IMG/VR virus record: IMGVR_UViG_3300020576_005251
Coordinates: 64,001 to 128,000 of that record
Length of the DNA stretch: 64,000 nt
Source: a virus
Taxonomy: Duplodnaviria > Caudoviricetes
Strand: one strand, 5' to 3'
The translations under genes were made by a program, and so were the position numbers. Shown here piece after piece: positions 30,988 to 40,663 of the stretch. Numbering within the stretch: the stretch's first letter is position 1; every line of letters begins with the position of its first letter. The notes beneath the pieces are model-generated. The model was not told where the DNA came from. It did not search any database and saw nothing but the letters and a program-made list of their open reading frames with translations.

Positions 30988-31188
30988 CTAGGCGTAGGCG
31001 CACCAGCAGTCGTAGTGATCGCTGAGGCGGAAGCCCAAGCGGATCAGTTCGACGCGATCATCATCACTCAGCGGGAGTTGGCTCGACGCCAGGAAGATCA
31101 CGTCGTGCTCAGCCCCGGAGAGGGTCTCGTCCTCACCGACGTATCGAGCCACGATCTCGATGCCGCGCTTGAGGTTCGCGAGGGTCAC
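30988..31188 (-). CDS. Small phage protein (AEHD motif)
   Basis: GTGA-coupled start; SGAEHDVIF…DDRVELIRLGF. Confidence 0.6.
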   Translation of the reverse strand: MTLANLKRGIEIVARYVGEDETLSGAEHDVIFLASSQLPLSDDDRVELIRLGFRLSDHYDCWCAYA

Positions 31189-31484
31189 GGGATCCTCACG
31201 GGGCCGTCGAAGACATACCGCGCGGGGTCGGTCGTGTGGTACCGGGCGAACGCGTTGAGCGCCTCCACCAGCAGCTCTGAGGGTCCCTCGTGTAGCACCG
31301 TGTAGAGCGTGGTTTCGGCCCCTCCGTGGATCGGCTTGATCTGCACCGAGGTGCCGTTCGACATGGGTTGGATGAAAAGGATACCAACAACTTCGTCGGT
31401 GTCCTCCAGGAGCCGCTGGACCACGTAGGCGTGAGCCGTGTCCCCACGATCGTACAGCCTCAGGTAGGCGAGTGTGTGTCTCAT
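31185..31484 (-). CDS. Hypothetical protein
   Basis: Start MRHTLAY just downstream of a promoter-like motif. Confidence 0.55.
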   Translation of the reverse strand: MRHTLAYLRLYDRGDTAHAYVVQRLLEDTDEVVGILFIQPMSNGTSVQIKPIHGGAETTLYTVLHEGPSELLVEALNAFARYHTTDPARYVFDGPVRIP

Positions 31485-31515
31485 GTGTTCTTCTACCAGA
31501 ACACACCCCCGCTTT

Positions 31516-32082
31516 TCAGCCCCAGGGCACCCACGGATTCTCCACCACCTGATCCCAGTGCTCCCGGCAGCGCGCCTCGTAACTCTCCGCGCCGCCCACC
31601 AGCACCCGCCCCTTGGTCTGGGTCGTCCGGTGGGTCCAGGCAGCGGGCGCCCCGCAGACGGCACACTTGGCTGTTTTGTGGAGGAGTACCGACGCCAGGG
31701 GGATCAGCTGGGCGACGTTCTCGAAGGGCGCCCCCAGGTAATCGTGTAGCAATCCTGCGGCGTACACCGGGAGGCGCCGCCGTCCCAGGAGGGCCAACTC
31801 CCGGACGACCCAGGCGCCGTACAGCTGCACCTCGTCCACCACGACCGCCTTCAGGTCGGGCCGGGGGTAGACGAGCGCCTGGAGCTGCGCGGCGGAGTCT
31901 ACGGCGTGGGCCGGGCAGCTGAGGCCCGAATGGCTGCGCAGCATGTCGCCTGAGCGATGGTCAGAGGTGGGGACCACGACCACCACCGAGTGGGCGCCGT
32001 GGACCTTTGCCACCTCACGAGCCTGGGTGATGAGCCCGGTGGTCTTGTCCGCGAACATCGGGCCGACGGTGAGGTGCAACAT
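31516..32082 (-). CDS. tdk: Thymidine kinase (type II)
   Basis: GPMFADKTT P-loop, VVVDEVQ Walker B, CAVCG and GGAESYEARCREH Zn/lasso motifs. Confidence 0.93.
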   Translation of the reverse strand: MLHLTVGPMFADKTTGLITQAREVAKVHGAHSVVVVVPTSDHRSGDMLRSHSGLSCPAHAVDSAAQLQALVYPRPDLKAVVVDEVQLYGAWVVRELALLGRRRLPVYAAGLLHDYLGAPFENVAQLIPLASVLLHKTAKCAVCGAPAAWTHRTTQTKGRVLVGGAESYEARCREHWDQVVENPWVPWG

Positions 32083-32453
32083 CAGAAGATCATGTCTTCG
32101 TCGGTCCAGACCGAGTCCGGAACGGTGCAGGGGGTAGCGGAGACGACCGAGAGATTCACCACATCGAGTGGGGGGCCTCCGGGGGCGATGTGCAGGCCGT
32201 CGGTCGACCCCACAGGATCGACGCGGATCCGTACGGCGTATTGCTGCGAGATGCTGCCTCCGCGCATGGCCAGGATGATCTCGGGCTCCATGTCGCGCAG
32301 CATCGTCTGGAGGCGCGGTCTTCCGATGAGGAAGGGGCGCTGCAAGACCAACACCCCCTTGTCCTGAGAGTACGAGGCTGAGGAGATGAGGAGCTGCTTG
32401 TCACCGCTCAGGACACGGCAGTCAGTAGGCAGGTTGAGCTGCGAGATCTTCAT
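32082..32453 (-). CDS. Hypothetical protein
   Basis: Translationally coupled on both sides. Confidence 0.6.
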   Translation of the reverse strand: MKISQLNLPTDCRVLSGDKQLLISSASYSQDKGVLVLQRPFLIGRPRLQTMLRDMEPEIILAMRGGSISQQYAVRIRVDPVGSTDGLHIAPGGPPLDVVNLSVVSATPCTVPDSVWTDEDMIF

Positions 32454-32782
32454 CCCTCATGAGTACCATCGGAGCTGTTCCGTGACAACAGAAGCTCACC
32501 TAGCGCGATGACATTCGCGATGAATGCCCGTGCGGCGGGCGGGTCCTGGTTGAGCAACGCTGTCACGTACTGGCCCGCATGCGCCATCAATGCGAGAGCT
32601 ACTTCATGCGCTGCGACACCCTCGTAGCTCTGCGCCATGACCGCACGAGCCTCTACGAGAATGTCTTGGGGTCTCATCGAACAAACCGGGCAGCACGGGA
32701 CAACCCGTCCGCACTGAAAAGGCGGGACGAAGAGATCCTCATGACACGTTGGGCAGGCTCCGAAGTGAACTTGGGCGAACAC
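32450..32782 (-). CDS. Zn-finger protein (CPTC…CPVC)
   Basis: TACACT-N6-GTG start at 32782; two CxxC pairs. Confidence 0.55.
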   Translation of the reverse strand: MFAQVHFGACPTCHEDLFVPPFQCGRVVPCCPVCSMRPQDILVEARAVMAQSYEGVAAHEVALALMAHAGQYVTALLNQDPPAARAFIANVIALGELLLSRNSSDGTHEG

Positions 32783-32801
32783 AGAGGGAGTGTATCGGAG
32801 C

Positions 32802-33263
32802 CTACCCGTGATGTCGATGGCGGCGATGATGGTGCACTGGCGGAGGTGCCTGCCCACCGCCCATCGCGTACTGCATGGCGGTGGGTTGTGTGTAGGCCAT
32901 CGCGGGGTAGCGTTGCGCGTTGGCCTGCGCTTCGATTGCGTCTTGCCGCGCGCGCTCGGCCTCGAACGCATCGAAGGCCGCAGCGGCGCTCGGCAAGGTG
33001 CGATACAGGAACTCGCTCGCGGCCTCCTTGAGGAGCACCTGCGCCGCCTTCTCGCGCCCCTCGGCCCAGAGCTTCTGGCGAAGCTCCGAGCTCGTCCACG
33101 GGCGCTTCCTCTCGTGAGGCCACGCGTAGCTGATCACTTCGCGTGCGAGGCGGCGGTCCTTCTGGTAGAGGCGGCGCAGCGCAGCAAGACGCCCCTGCAA
33201 GTGCTCAGGGCTTTCGAGCTTATCCTGAAGCGAGAACTCATCAGGCCCCAGGAGCGCGCTCAC
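32802..33263 (-). CDS. Hypothetical protein
   Basis: GTGA overlap; His-rich C-terminus. Confidence 0.55.
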   Translation of the reverse strand: MSALLGPDEFSLQDKLESPEHLQGRLAALRRLYQKDRRLAREVISYAWPHERKRPWTSSELRQKLWAEGREKAAQVLLKEAASEFLYRTLPSAAAAFDAFEAERARQDAIEAQANAQRYPAMAYTQPTAMQYAMGGGQAPPPVHHHRRHRHHG

Positions 33264-34543
33264 AGGTGTCCCTCCGACGGCTGCATCTGGATGCGATCGA
33301 ACGCGCGCTCGGTCCCGTTGTGCCCCGCAACCATCACCTCACCCACGAGGAGCTTGGTAATGTCTGCGAACTTCTCGCTGCTCGACTTGAACCCGAGGGC
33401 CTGGAGCATCGCGAGCTTCCCCAAGGTCCGGTAGGACGCGCCCTTGTACGCCTGTCGCGTGCGTGCGAACTCGGGCGTGCTCATGGTCTGGCGCAGGAAG
33501 TCGGGAGTGATCATGGTGCCGGGTGCCGTCTGGAGCAGGTGCGCTCCGAGAGAGTTCGAGTTCCTTGTGGCGGCGAAACCCCCTCCTGGCTGCACGCGTG
33601 CTCCGAGCGCCGAGCGCGACACGAGATCCTTCTTCAGCGTCTGTTGCATCCCCGGGGCGCCCATGACCATGGCGCCCTGAGAACTACGCTGAACCGGAGT
33701 GATCGGACGGGGCGCAGGCTCATGGCTGACGGCAAGCGCCGGATGGTCGACACGAGGCTGGGCCGGAGGCGTAGAGCCACGTCCCGTAGCACCCGAAAGG
33801 GCTCCGATCGGGGGGTGTGGGCGCTCAGAAACCTGTGTCGTCTTCGCGGCAGGCGCCGGGGGCGGCGCAGCCAGGAAGTCATGGAGGCGCGGCAGTTGGG
33901 CGGGTGTCTGGGGCGCAGATGCCTGCGGCAGCTGCGCCGTCTTCACCTGCGACTGTGGGATCTGCGGCGACTGCGCGGTCGGCGCCCTCGGAGGCTGCGC
34001 CGCGATGAAGTCATGCAGGGGCGGGGGCTTCGGCACGGAGGGTCGCGGAGCAGTTGGCGCGGTAGGCGCCGCAGCGCGCCCCCGACCCAGCAGCCCCTTG
34101 AGCGAGTCCATGAAGCCCGCGTCCTTCTCCATTACGCCGTATTGCCCGAAGTCCAGGGTGTAGCGGGGCTTCTGGGTGGGGCGAAAGCGAAGCAGCTGGG
34201 CGGTGAGCTCGTCCATGTTCCGGTAGACCCTTCGATGCCAGATCTCCTGGCCATAGAGAGCATAGATCGTCTCGCGCTGCGCGTCTGTCACCCCGACGAG
34301 AAACTTGGTCTCGTCGAGGACCCCGTCCTTCAGCTTCTGAAAGCTCTCCAGGTGGCCGTTGGGGTCGTCCCCCACGAAGAAGTCCAAGCCCTCGCCGTCC
34401 TCCGCCTTGTGGCCCGGCAGGTAGCCGTAGTCCACCGGGTAAGTGAAGGTCTTGCTCGACCCATCCGGCCGCTTCCACGTCTTGACGGTGCCCTTGGGGC
34501 GGTCGATGGTGAAGCGGAGGGACTTGAAGGACTTGGTGCGCAC
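33260..34543 (-). CDS. Inorganic-pyrophosphatase-like domain fused via MEKDAG to a Pro-rich region
   Basis: IDRPKG…YPVDYGYLPG…EDGEGLDFFV…DETKFLVG matches the family I PPase pattern (YGxxP…DGDxLD). Confidence 0.7.
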   Translation of the reverse strand: MRTKSFKSLRFTIDRPKGTVKTWKRPDGSSKTFTYPVDYGYLPGHKAEDGEGLDFFVGDDPNGHLESFQKLKDGVLDETKFLVGVTDAQRETIYALYGQEIWHRRVYRNMDELTAQLLRFRPTQKPRYTLDFGQYGVMEKDAGFMDSLKGLLGRGRAAAPTAPTAPRPSVPKPPPLHDFIAAQPPRAPTAQSPQIPQSQVKTAQLPQASAPQTPAQLPRLHDFLAAPPPAPAAKTTQVSERPHPPIGALSGATGRGSTPPAQPRVDHPALAVSHEPAPRPITPVQRSSQGAMVMGAPGMQQTLKKDLVSRSALGARVQPGGGFAATRNSNSLGAHLLQTAPGTMITPDFLRQTMSTPEFARTRQAYKGASYRTLGKLAMLQALGFKSSSEKFADITKLLVGEVMVAGHNGTERAFDRIQMQPSEGHL

Positions 34544-34548
34544 AGAGG

Positions 34549-35334
34549 CTAAAACTCCCAGTGGGTGTTGTGATCCAGCAACGCTTGGTCGAACTCTTCC
34601 GGGGACAGTTCAAGCGGGTTGACACGTCGCACAGGGGCTGCACTGGGTGCGGCAGGGGGCGAAGGGGGCGAAGGGGGCAGAACCACCTCGTGTGGCGCAA
34701 CTTTCAGCGTGCTCGGGACCCCCAAGGTGTCGAGCGCCTTCTGCTGCCCCGCCTGTCGCGCCTCCTGCAACTTATCCGAGCGCCCATCGCGCCACCCAGC
34801 CCCAACTGTGGCGCCGATGGCCCCACCAAGAAGCGCGTGTCCTGCTGCGTAACGCCACGGGTCTTCATCATCCCTGTGGCGATAATAGCCGAGAGCTGCT
34901 CCGCCTAAGGCGCCCACACCACCCCCGATCAGTGGTGCGGAGGCGAGCTTGGTCCATAGGGAGTGCCACGCGTTCTTCTCCATCTTCTTGATCCTCGACT
35001 CCACGAAATTCTCCGGGGGAGGAGGGTCAGTCAGGTGGTGGTAGGCCCCATAAGCTAGCCCCCCGAGACCGGCGATGGATGCGGCGGCACCGAGGCGGGC
35101 GTAGGGGTAGCCGTGGCGTTTGATGATCGAAGTAGGGGTAGCCGCACCCACTAGAAACGAACCGAGGCGTGGATGGAGAGTCGCCAGAGACGCACCCGCC
35201 GACACAACAGGGCCTCGACTCCCACGAAAGTACGGATACACCTCCTGCAAGTGATCCCATCGAGCCCCCCACGAAGGGATACTCTCACGCCGAGCCCGCG
35301 CCTCTCCCAGAAGAACATCCCACTCTGAACTCAT
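34549..35334 (-). CDS. Putative internal virion protein with glycine-zipper segments
   Basis: MEKNAW…TKLAS followed by GGGVGALGGAALG-DDEDP-LLGGAIGATVG. Confidence 0.55.
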   Translation of the reverse strand: MSSEWDVLLGEARARRESIPSWGARWDHLQEVYPYFRGSRGPVVSAGASLATLHPRLGSFLVGAATPTSIIKRHGYPYARLGAAASIAGLGGLAYGAYHHLTDPPPPENFVESRIKKMEKNAWHSLWTKLASAPLIGGGVGALGGAALGYYRHRDDEDPWRYAAGHALLGGAIGATVGAGWRDGRSDKLQEARQAGQQKALDTLGVPSTLKVAPHEVVLPPSPPSPPAAPSAAPVRRVNPLELSPEEFDQALLDHNTHWEF

Positions 35335-35356
35335 CGATCTCTCCTCACGTCCATCC

Positions 35357-35569
35357 TCACGTCTCCAATACGTCGTACGCCTGTCGCCAGAGGAGCTCGT
35401 TGCCCTTCTTCTCCAGCTTCCGAATCTGCCCTTCCACGAAGCTCTTCTCTTTGGCCGTCACTGGGCGCGACTTCCCATCTGGGTCGACAGCTTCTCGCAC
35501 ACCGCAAGCGCAGTAGCGAAAGGTGTCGCCGGGGACGTAGAAGTAGGTCCAGTGGTGAGAGTGGCTCAT
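35357..35569 (-). CDS. Small hypothetical protein
   Basis: ATGA-coupled; HHW…CACG. Confidence 0.55.
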   Translation of the reverse strand: MSHSHHWTYFYVPGDTFRYCACGVREAVDPDGKSRPVTAKEKSFVEGQIRKLEKKGNELLWRQAYDVLET

Positions 35570-36063
35570 CGGCCCACGTAGTAGTTGTTGATCAGCGCAT
35601 ACCCCGACGACAGCCCGCCGTACACCGCTTCCATATTGCGCTGCGTCTTGATCCCGCGCGCGAACTGGTCGAACTGGGCCATCAGAAACTGCGCCGCCGA
35701 GAGATAGGGGTTGTGCTTGTCATCCAGCCCCACCGGCACCACACCCGTCGCCTGACCTGACGCCTGATTGCGCAGCTGACGCATCGACTCGCTGGTGAGA
35801 AGGTGCGCCGCAGTGCCATAGAAGATGATCGCGCGAGGGATCATGTCCTGCGTCAGATTCGTGTACGGAGTCATCGCGTTGTAGCGATCCGTACACATCC
35901 GAATCCCTTGGTCGATGTCGTCGTCCGAGAACTCCACGCCGTCGAGCAGTGAGTTGATCACGCCCGTCTTCGGGACATACCCCGAGGGGTAGTCGCGCAG
36001 CCAGCGACGGATCTCGTCGCGCGTGATCATTCTCACGCGCGTCGGTGTGGCGATGACCGGCAT
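35566..36063 (-). CDS. Putative head-tail adaptor/neck protein
   Basis: IRRWLRD…NSLLDGVEFSDDDI…YNAMTP helical adaptor-like pattern. Confidence 0.5.
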   Translation of the reverse strand: MPVIATPTRVRMITRDEIRRWLRDYPSGYVPKTGVINSLLDGVEFSDDDIDQGIRMCTDRYNAMTPYTNLTQDMIPRAIIFYGTAAHLLTSESMRQLRNQASGQATGVVPVGLDDKHNPYLSAAQFLMAQFDQFARGIKTQRNMEAVYGGLSSGYALINNYYVGR

Positions 36064-36332
36064 CAGAAGCTCGGGATTCCGTAGCGGCGGTAGGCGTCGG
36101 CGCGGCCCTGCTCGTAAGAAGAAACAGGGGGAGGGAGAAGGTCGTCGGGGGTCAGCGCGAGGGACGCCTGCTTGGGCTCTTCCGGGTTGTGGTAGTCGTC
36201 CACCAGCTTGTGTACGCCGTATCCGAGCGCCGCCAGGGCGCTGGTGCCGAGCGTCGCGAGCGCGAGGCGCGCGGGGAGCGACATCTTGGAGGGCGTAGGG
36301 ACCGAGGGGTTGAAGTTCAGTGCGGTGTCCAT
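36063..36332 (-). CDS. Small putative virion protein with one TM-like segment
   Basis: ALAALGYGVHKL, PKQAS, SYEQGRADAYRRYG. Confidence 0.55.
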   Translation of the reverse strand: MDTALNFNPSVPTPSKMSLPARLALATLGTSALAALGYGVHKLVDDYHNPEEPKQASLALTPDDLLPPPVSSYEQGRADAYRRYGIPSF

Positions 36333-36338
36333 GGTTCC

Positions 36339-37109
36339 TCAGCGGTTGTCTCGGCGAACATCCATGCGAACGATACCTGCAAGCGCGACGCTCGTCACGA
36401 CCTGGAGCGCCCAGCCGCGCGGGACCAAGAGCTCGATGTCTGAGATCGAGAAGTCGGGCTTGGCGTTCGAGAGGCCGTCGTAGACGAACAGGGGAATCGC
36501 TTCCGCCGTGATCGGTTCAAACGCCTCGTTGAGCGGGACGCGTGAGATCGTCAGCGTCGGCGTGCCCGAGGCGATGGTGAACTTGGTCTCGATCTGACGG
36601 ACCTGAACCGACGCGTCCTGCTCGAAGTGGAACAGGCCAAAGTTGGTGTTGACGAGCCCCCAGCGGAACACGTCGGGAGAGGTCGTCGGGTTGACCCCGG
36701 ATGCCAGGGCGGTCGCGGTGACCGCAGACACGATCCCGGTGCCGTCGCCGCCTGCCGCCGCACCAATGGGCAACGGGTACTCGGTGAACGCGTTGAGGGC
36801 CGCAGCCACCTCCGCCGCCGTTGCGAGGATGCCGCCGCTGGAGCCGCGCCGAAGCGTCACGCGGATGGCTGAGCCAATCTGCTGGACGGTGGTCGCGGTG
36901 ACGGTGTTACCGAGGCCCCGGTCGATGAGTTCGATGGTCAGCGCGTTCGACGGGGTGCCGTAGAGCTTCGAGGCCACCCGCACCACCGCATTCGGATCCG
37001 CGTTGGTCAGCGTGAGCTTCGCGCGACCGTAGTCCGCGCCCGTGAACCCCCCTGTGCCGCTGGCCTGCTGGGAGACGACGAAGTTGATGCCGAGGGGTAC
37101 GGGGTACAT
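36339..37109 (-). CDS. Virion structural protein (paralogue of 39899-40648)
   Basis: TATCCT-N7-ATG start; shared GLxxF…VxPxGWxLxxV C-terminus. Confidence 0.55.
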   Translation of the reverse strand: MYPVPLGINFVVSQQASGTGGFTGADYGRAKLTLTNADPNAVVRVASKLYGTPSNALTIELIDRGLGNTVTATTVQQIGSAIRVTLRRGSSGGILATAAEVAAALNAFTEYPLPIGAAAGGDGTGIVSAVTATALASGVNPTTSPDVFRWGLVNTNFGLFHFEQDASVQVRQIETKFTIASGTPTLTISRVPLNEAFEPITAEAIPLFVYDGLSNAKPDFSISDIELLVPRGWALQVVTSVALAGIVRMDVRRDNR

Positions 37110-37142
37110 CCCCACAAGGATACGCCGTATTACCCTAACCTC

Positions 37143-37838
37143 GTGCTCACCAGTAGGCCGCTACCTCCCGTCACGGCTGCGCCCATCGGACCCGCCAGCG
37201 GGGACCTGGGCGGCACCTACCCAGGTCCGACCGTCACGAGCGGTGCGAACCACACGCATGCAGCTACGCAGATCGCCAGCGGCACCCTTGCGGTGGAGCG
37301 CGGAGGCACGAGCGGCACCACCGCTGCGGAGGCGCGCACGGCGCTCGGGGCGGCGGCTGCGTCCCACACACACGGCGCCTCCGACATTGCGAGCGGCACA
37401 CTCGCGGTGGCGCGCGGTGGCACAGGCAGCGCGAACGCCGCTGATGCGCGGGCGGCGTTGGGTGTGCAGGATGGGCCACGATTGATCCCGCTTGCGTCCT
37501 ATTCCGATACCGTGTCGACGGTAGACGTTGCCGTCGGGGGCACACGATTCGACCCGGCGGACTACGCGCGGTCGGGCCTCACCACGGTGCTCACCCTCGA
37601 CGCGATCGGACAGGCCGTAAGCGGCGTCACGGGGACGCTCACGCTGCGCAACCTCACCGACTCGATTGATGCTACGACGCCAATCGAATGGACCGAGACC
37701 AGCGCCACACGTAAGACCGCATCAGTGACGCTACCGGACGCCGCGAAGGTCTACGAGCTGAGGTTCAAGAAGAGCGGCGGCAGCGTCTCTGACTATGCAG
37801 TGATCCTCGCCGCCAACCTCCGTATCACCTGGAGCTGA
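37143..37838 (+). CDS. Tail-fibre-like protein
   Basis: Two HTH(A/G)AxxIASGTLAVxRGGT…AxxARxALG repeats typical of fibres; GDLGGTYPGP. Confidence 0.65.
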   Translation: MLTSRPLPPVTAAPIGPASGDLGGTYPGPTVTSGANHTHAATQIASGTLAVERGGTSGTTAAEARTALGAAAASHTHGASDIASGTLAVARGGTGSANAADARAALGVQDGPRLIPLASYSDTVSTVDVAVGGTRFDPADYARSGLTTVLTLDAIGQAVSGVTGTLTLRNLTDSIDATTPIEWTETSATRKTASVTLPDAAKVYELRFKKSGGSVSDYAVILAANLRITWS

Positions 37839-37840
37839 GC

Positions 37841-38794
37841 ATGGCCACGAACACCGATGTTTCGTCCCCCGCGAGCGGCACCGCCGCGATCTTCTCCCTG
37901 CTCACAACGCTCTGCGCCGCGGGCTGGATCGTCAAGCGCTGGAGCGACGCCACCACGCTGAGCAGCGACAACGTCGACCTCACGACCAACCCCTACGGCA
38001 GCGCGTCGAGCGGCGCGGGCAACCTCGGGAACACGTCGGCGTGGTTCCGCGTGGCCGCAGGCGACGCCTCGCGCGAGTGGCTCTTTCAGCGTGGCTCGGG
38101 TGATGCGACGTGGACCATCTCGCGCTCGAAGGCGGGGTTCACCGGGGGCTCCCCGAACGCCACGACCGTGGGCACCGCGACCGATGCGACGGCGCTTTTC
38201 AGCGCGGCGTCGGCGTTCAGCGCCACGCCCGGGCGGTGGTTCATCTCGGTGGACACGGTCACCTATGGGTGGACGGCCTACGCGATCACGCTCGGCGGCG
38301 GCAACGTGCTCACGTTCCTCGCCGATGAGCCCCTCCTCACCGGCAGCAGCGCGGCCGAGGACACCGACCCTTACCTGTGGCTCGGGTACTACAACCCGAC
38401 GGGACTCGCGGCGACGGGCGCGTTCATCGTCAACCTCAGTTCCACGACGCTCGGGTACAAGCGGTGGGTCACCGCGGCGTCGAACCAGCGCATCTGCTAC
38501 GGTATGGTGTTTGATAGCTACGCGGGCGCCCAGGCCGCGCCCGCGATCGGCACCACCGGCGGGCAGATGGGTCAGACCGCCATCGGCGCGAAGGAAGTCC
38601 CCATCCCGATCAACGTGTTCCGCAACGCGGCTGCGGCCACGTCGACGGGGTGGGCGGGCATCACGAGCCGCCACCGCTGGTGCACCGTGGGCGGGCGCGC
38701 GAACGGCGACAAACTCGTGAGCGGCGCCGACAACTGGCTGTACGCCGCGGGTCTGTGGGTCAAGTGGGACTCTTCGACGCCGACGCTGAGCTGA
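37841..38794 (+). CDS. Putative fibre/receptor-binding structural protein
   Basis: Thr/Gly/Ser/Trp-rich; follows the fibre gene. Confidence 0.5.
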   Translation: MATNTDVSSPASGTAAIFSLLTTLCAAGWIVKRWSDATTLSSDNVDLTTNPYGSASSGAGNLGNTSAWFRVAAGDASREWLFQRGSGDATWTISRSKAGFTGGSPNATTVGTATDATALFSAASAFSATPGRWFISVDTVTYGWTAYAITLGGGNVLTFLADEPLLTGSSAAEDTDPYLWLGYYNPTGLAATGAFIVNLSSTTLGYKRWVTAASNQRICYGMVFDSYAGAQAAPAIGTTGGQMGQTAIGAKEVPIPINVFRNAAAATSTGWAGITSRHRWCTVGGRANGDKLVSGADNWLYAAGLWVKWDSSTPTLS

Positions 38795-38801
38795 GGGCGC
38801 C

Positions 38802-39008
38802 ATGGCAGTCCTTGACGCCTTCGTGGTCCCCGACCCGTCGCCTGTGTTCGCCGCAAAGCGCGCCGGGCGGCGTAATGGGTTCGTCGCTGAGCAGAGCAGC
38901 ACCGTGACCTACTACTACTACCGCACCAGCGGCGGCACACGCGGCAGCACCACCGACCTCGGCGCGATCCCCGCGCTCGCGGTCATTGAGCGGACGTCGA
39001 CGACGTAA
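38802..39008 (+). CDS. Small hypothetical protein
   Basis: GAGG RBS; ends the + operon. Confidence 0.5.
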   Translation: MAVLDAFVVPDPSPVFAAKRAGRRNGFVAEQSSTVTYYYYRTSGGTRGSTTDLGAIPALAVIERTSTT

Positions 39009-39064
39009 GTCAGGGCGCAACGCTACTCCTACTGGGGCTGAGCGCGAACGCATCGTCCGGTAGC

Positions 39065-39655
39065 TCAGGGCTTCAATCTCGGCACATTGACACCCAGCGG
39101 ACGGGGCGGCGGAGGGGGTGGTGTGGTGGGCACCGGGTCCGTCGCTGCGCGAGGCGGAGCGCCTTGCCTGCCGTGTAGGTACGACACGCTCGTCTGCAAC
39201 TCGCGCAGGGCGTCCAAGATGGCTTCTTGGAACTTCCGGTTCTCTTTCGCCTGCTCCTCCAACATCCGACGCTGTTCGGCAATCTGTCCATTGAGCGCGT
39301 CGGCGCTCGTCGAGACCCGGTTCTGGATCTCACGGTGAATGAGCCCGTCGTCCCGATGGATGTGGCTGTCCAACACCCCCTCGGTGTAGGTCTTCCGCTC
39401 CTGTTGGATATCCGGAGAGCGATACCAACTTTCGACGGTCTTCTGTGTCTCCACCTGTCGCGAAGACGCCTGATCTTTGTGCGTGTACCACGTGTTGAGG
39501 GTGTTCAAGAACATGGGTTCAACGAACTTTACGTAGAACCCGCGTACGAACAACGACGCCAAGCCAGTCGCCGTTAGCACGACGACGATCCCTTGGGTGA
39601 GCAGCTTGATCGGATCCGTCGGCTGACCGTCGGCCAAGAGGGTGAGGAGGTCCAT
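39065..39655 (-). CDS. Membrane protein with N-terminal TM helix and coiled coil (holin-like, tentative)
   Basis: TACTCT-N6-ATG start (MDLLTLL); GIVVVLTATGLASLFV TM; C-terminal coiled coil. Confidence 0.45.
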   Translation of the reverse strand: MDLLTLLADGQPTDPIKLLTQGIVVVLTATGLASLFVRGFYVKFVEPMFLNTLNTWYTHKDQASSRQVETQKTVESWYRSPDIQQERKTYTEGVLDSHIHRDDGLIHREIQNRVSTSADALNGQIAEQRRMLEEQAKENRKFQEAILDALRELQTSVSYLHGRQGAPPRAATDPVPTTPPPPPPRPLGVNVPRLKP

Positions 39656-39898
39656 CACCCTAGAGTATATGATCAAACGCAGTCGATCACTGCTTCGTAG
39701 CGGCACACCCCGCCACCCCACACTGTGATCCGAACTTCGGACCAACCGCGTGCGCGAACCTTCAGGTCGTCGACGGCCTGTGCCAGCGTGTACCGATCCT
39801 CGTCGTAGTGTGCGACCACACTGCCCTGGCGTGAATGCGCGCTACCTCGGAGTGTTCTCATCCTCGAAGCGTAGATCCGCGTAGCGAGTGTGGGTAGG

Positions 39899-40648
39899 TC
39901 AGGGGGCGAGGCGGCGGACGCTAGCGGTGATCGAGCCGGTGGTGTTCGCCACGAAAGACAGACCCCAGCCGGGCGGGATGACGGCCGAGGCGGCGGTGTG
40001 TCCCCGTTGAGCGGTCCCAGAAGCCAATACGGCGTACTGCTGAACCCTACGGTCGGGCGCGAGTCGCACGAGCCTGAGCTCCCAGGCCACCGATCCCGCC
40101 AGCGAGAAGAAGAACGAGGTCAGTGTGATCGGAAAGGGGGCGTCGAAGCAGATCAGCCCCGCGTCGACATCCTCAGCGTAAAACGAAGGCCCTGACGTGA
40201 GGTAGTCAGGCTCAAGCCCGCCTGAGAAGGTCCCGGATCCCGCGACAGGTGCGTCCGAACCATCACCCAGGTGAGACACGCCGATGTTGAAGTGCGCGAG
40301 GGCCGTCGCCGCCTCACGGCTCTCGTAGGCGCGGCGACACAGAGCAGCGAAAGCCGCTGCGCACTCCTCCGACGTGTCTCCTGCCGTGGGGGTGTAGCGA
40401 ATGGCCTTCGCCGCGTTCGAGACACGTGACGCCTCCAGCTCGACGCGTGCGAGCGCGGCAGGCGCCTTGACTTGCCACGTCATGCCGTTCATGTGCGAGC
40501 CGAGCTGCCACGCCGTCGCGCTCAGTCCCGCATCCCCGGAGCCCACGGAGGCGCTTGCGCGGCCGAGCTCGGCCACCCCAGTGAACGTGCCCGAGCCGTC
40601 GATCTCCTGCGTGAGGGACGCCCCGGCCGTGAAGTCGTGGTTGATCAT
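39899..40648 (-). CDS. Virion structural protein (paralogue of 36339-37109)
   Basis: TACACT-N6-ATG start; GLICFDAPF…VIPPGWGLSFV. Confidence 0.55.
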   Translation of the reverse strand: MINHDFTAGASLTQEIDGSGTFTGVAELGRASASVGSGDAGLSATAWQLGSHMNGMTWQVKAPAALARVELEASRVSNAAKAIRYTPTAGDTSEECAAAFAALCRRAYESREAATALAHFNIGVSHLGDGSDAPVAGSGTFSGGLEPDYLTSGPSFYAEDVDAGLICFDAPFPITLTSFFFSLAGSVAWELRLVRLAPDRRVQQYAVLASGTAQRGHTAASAVIPPGWGLSFVANTTGSITASVRRLAP

Positions 40649-40663
40649 GGAAGAAGTGTAGCG

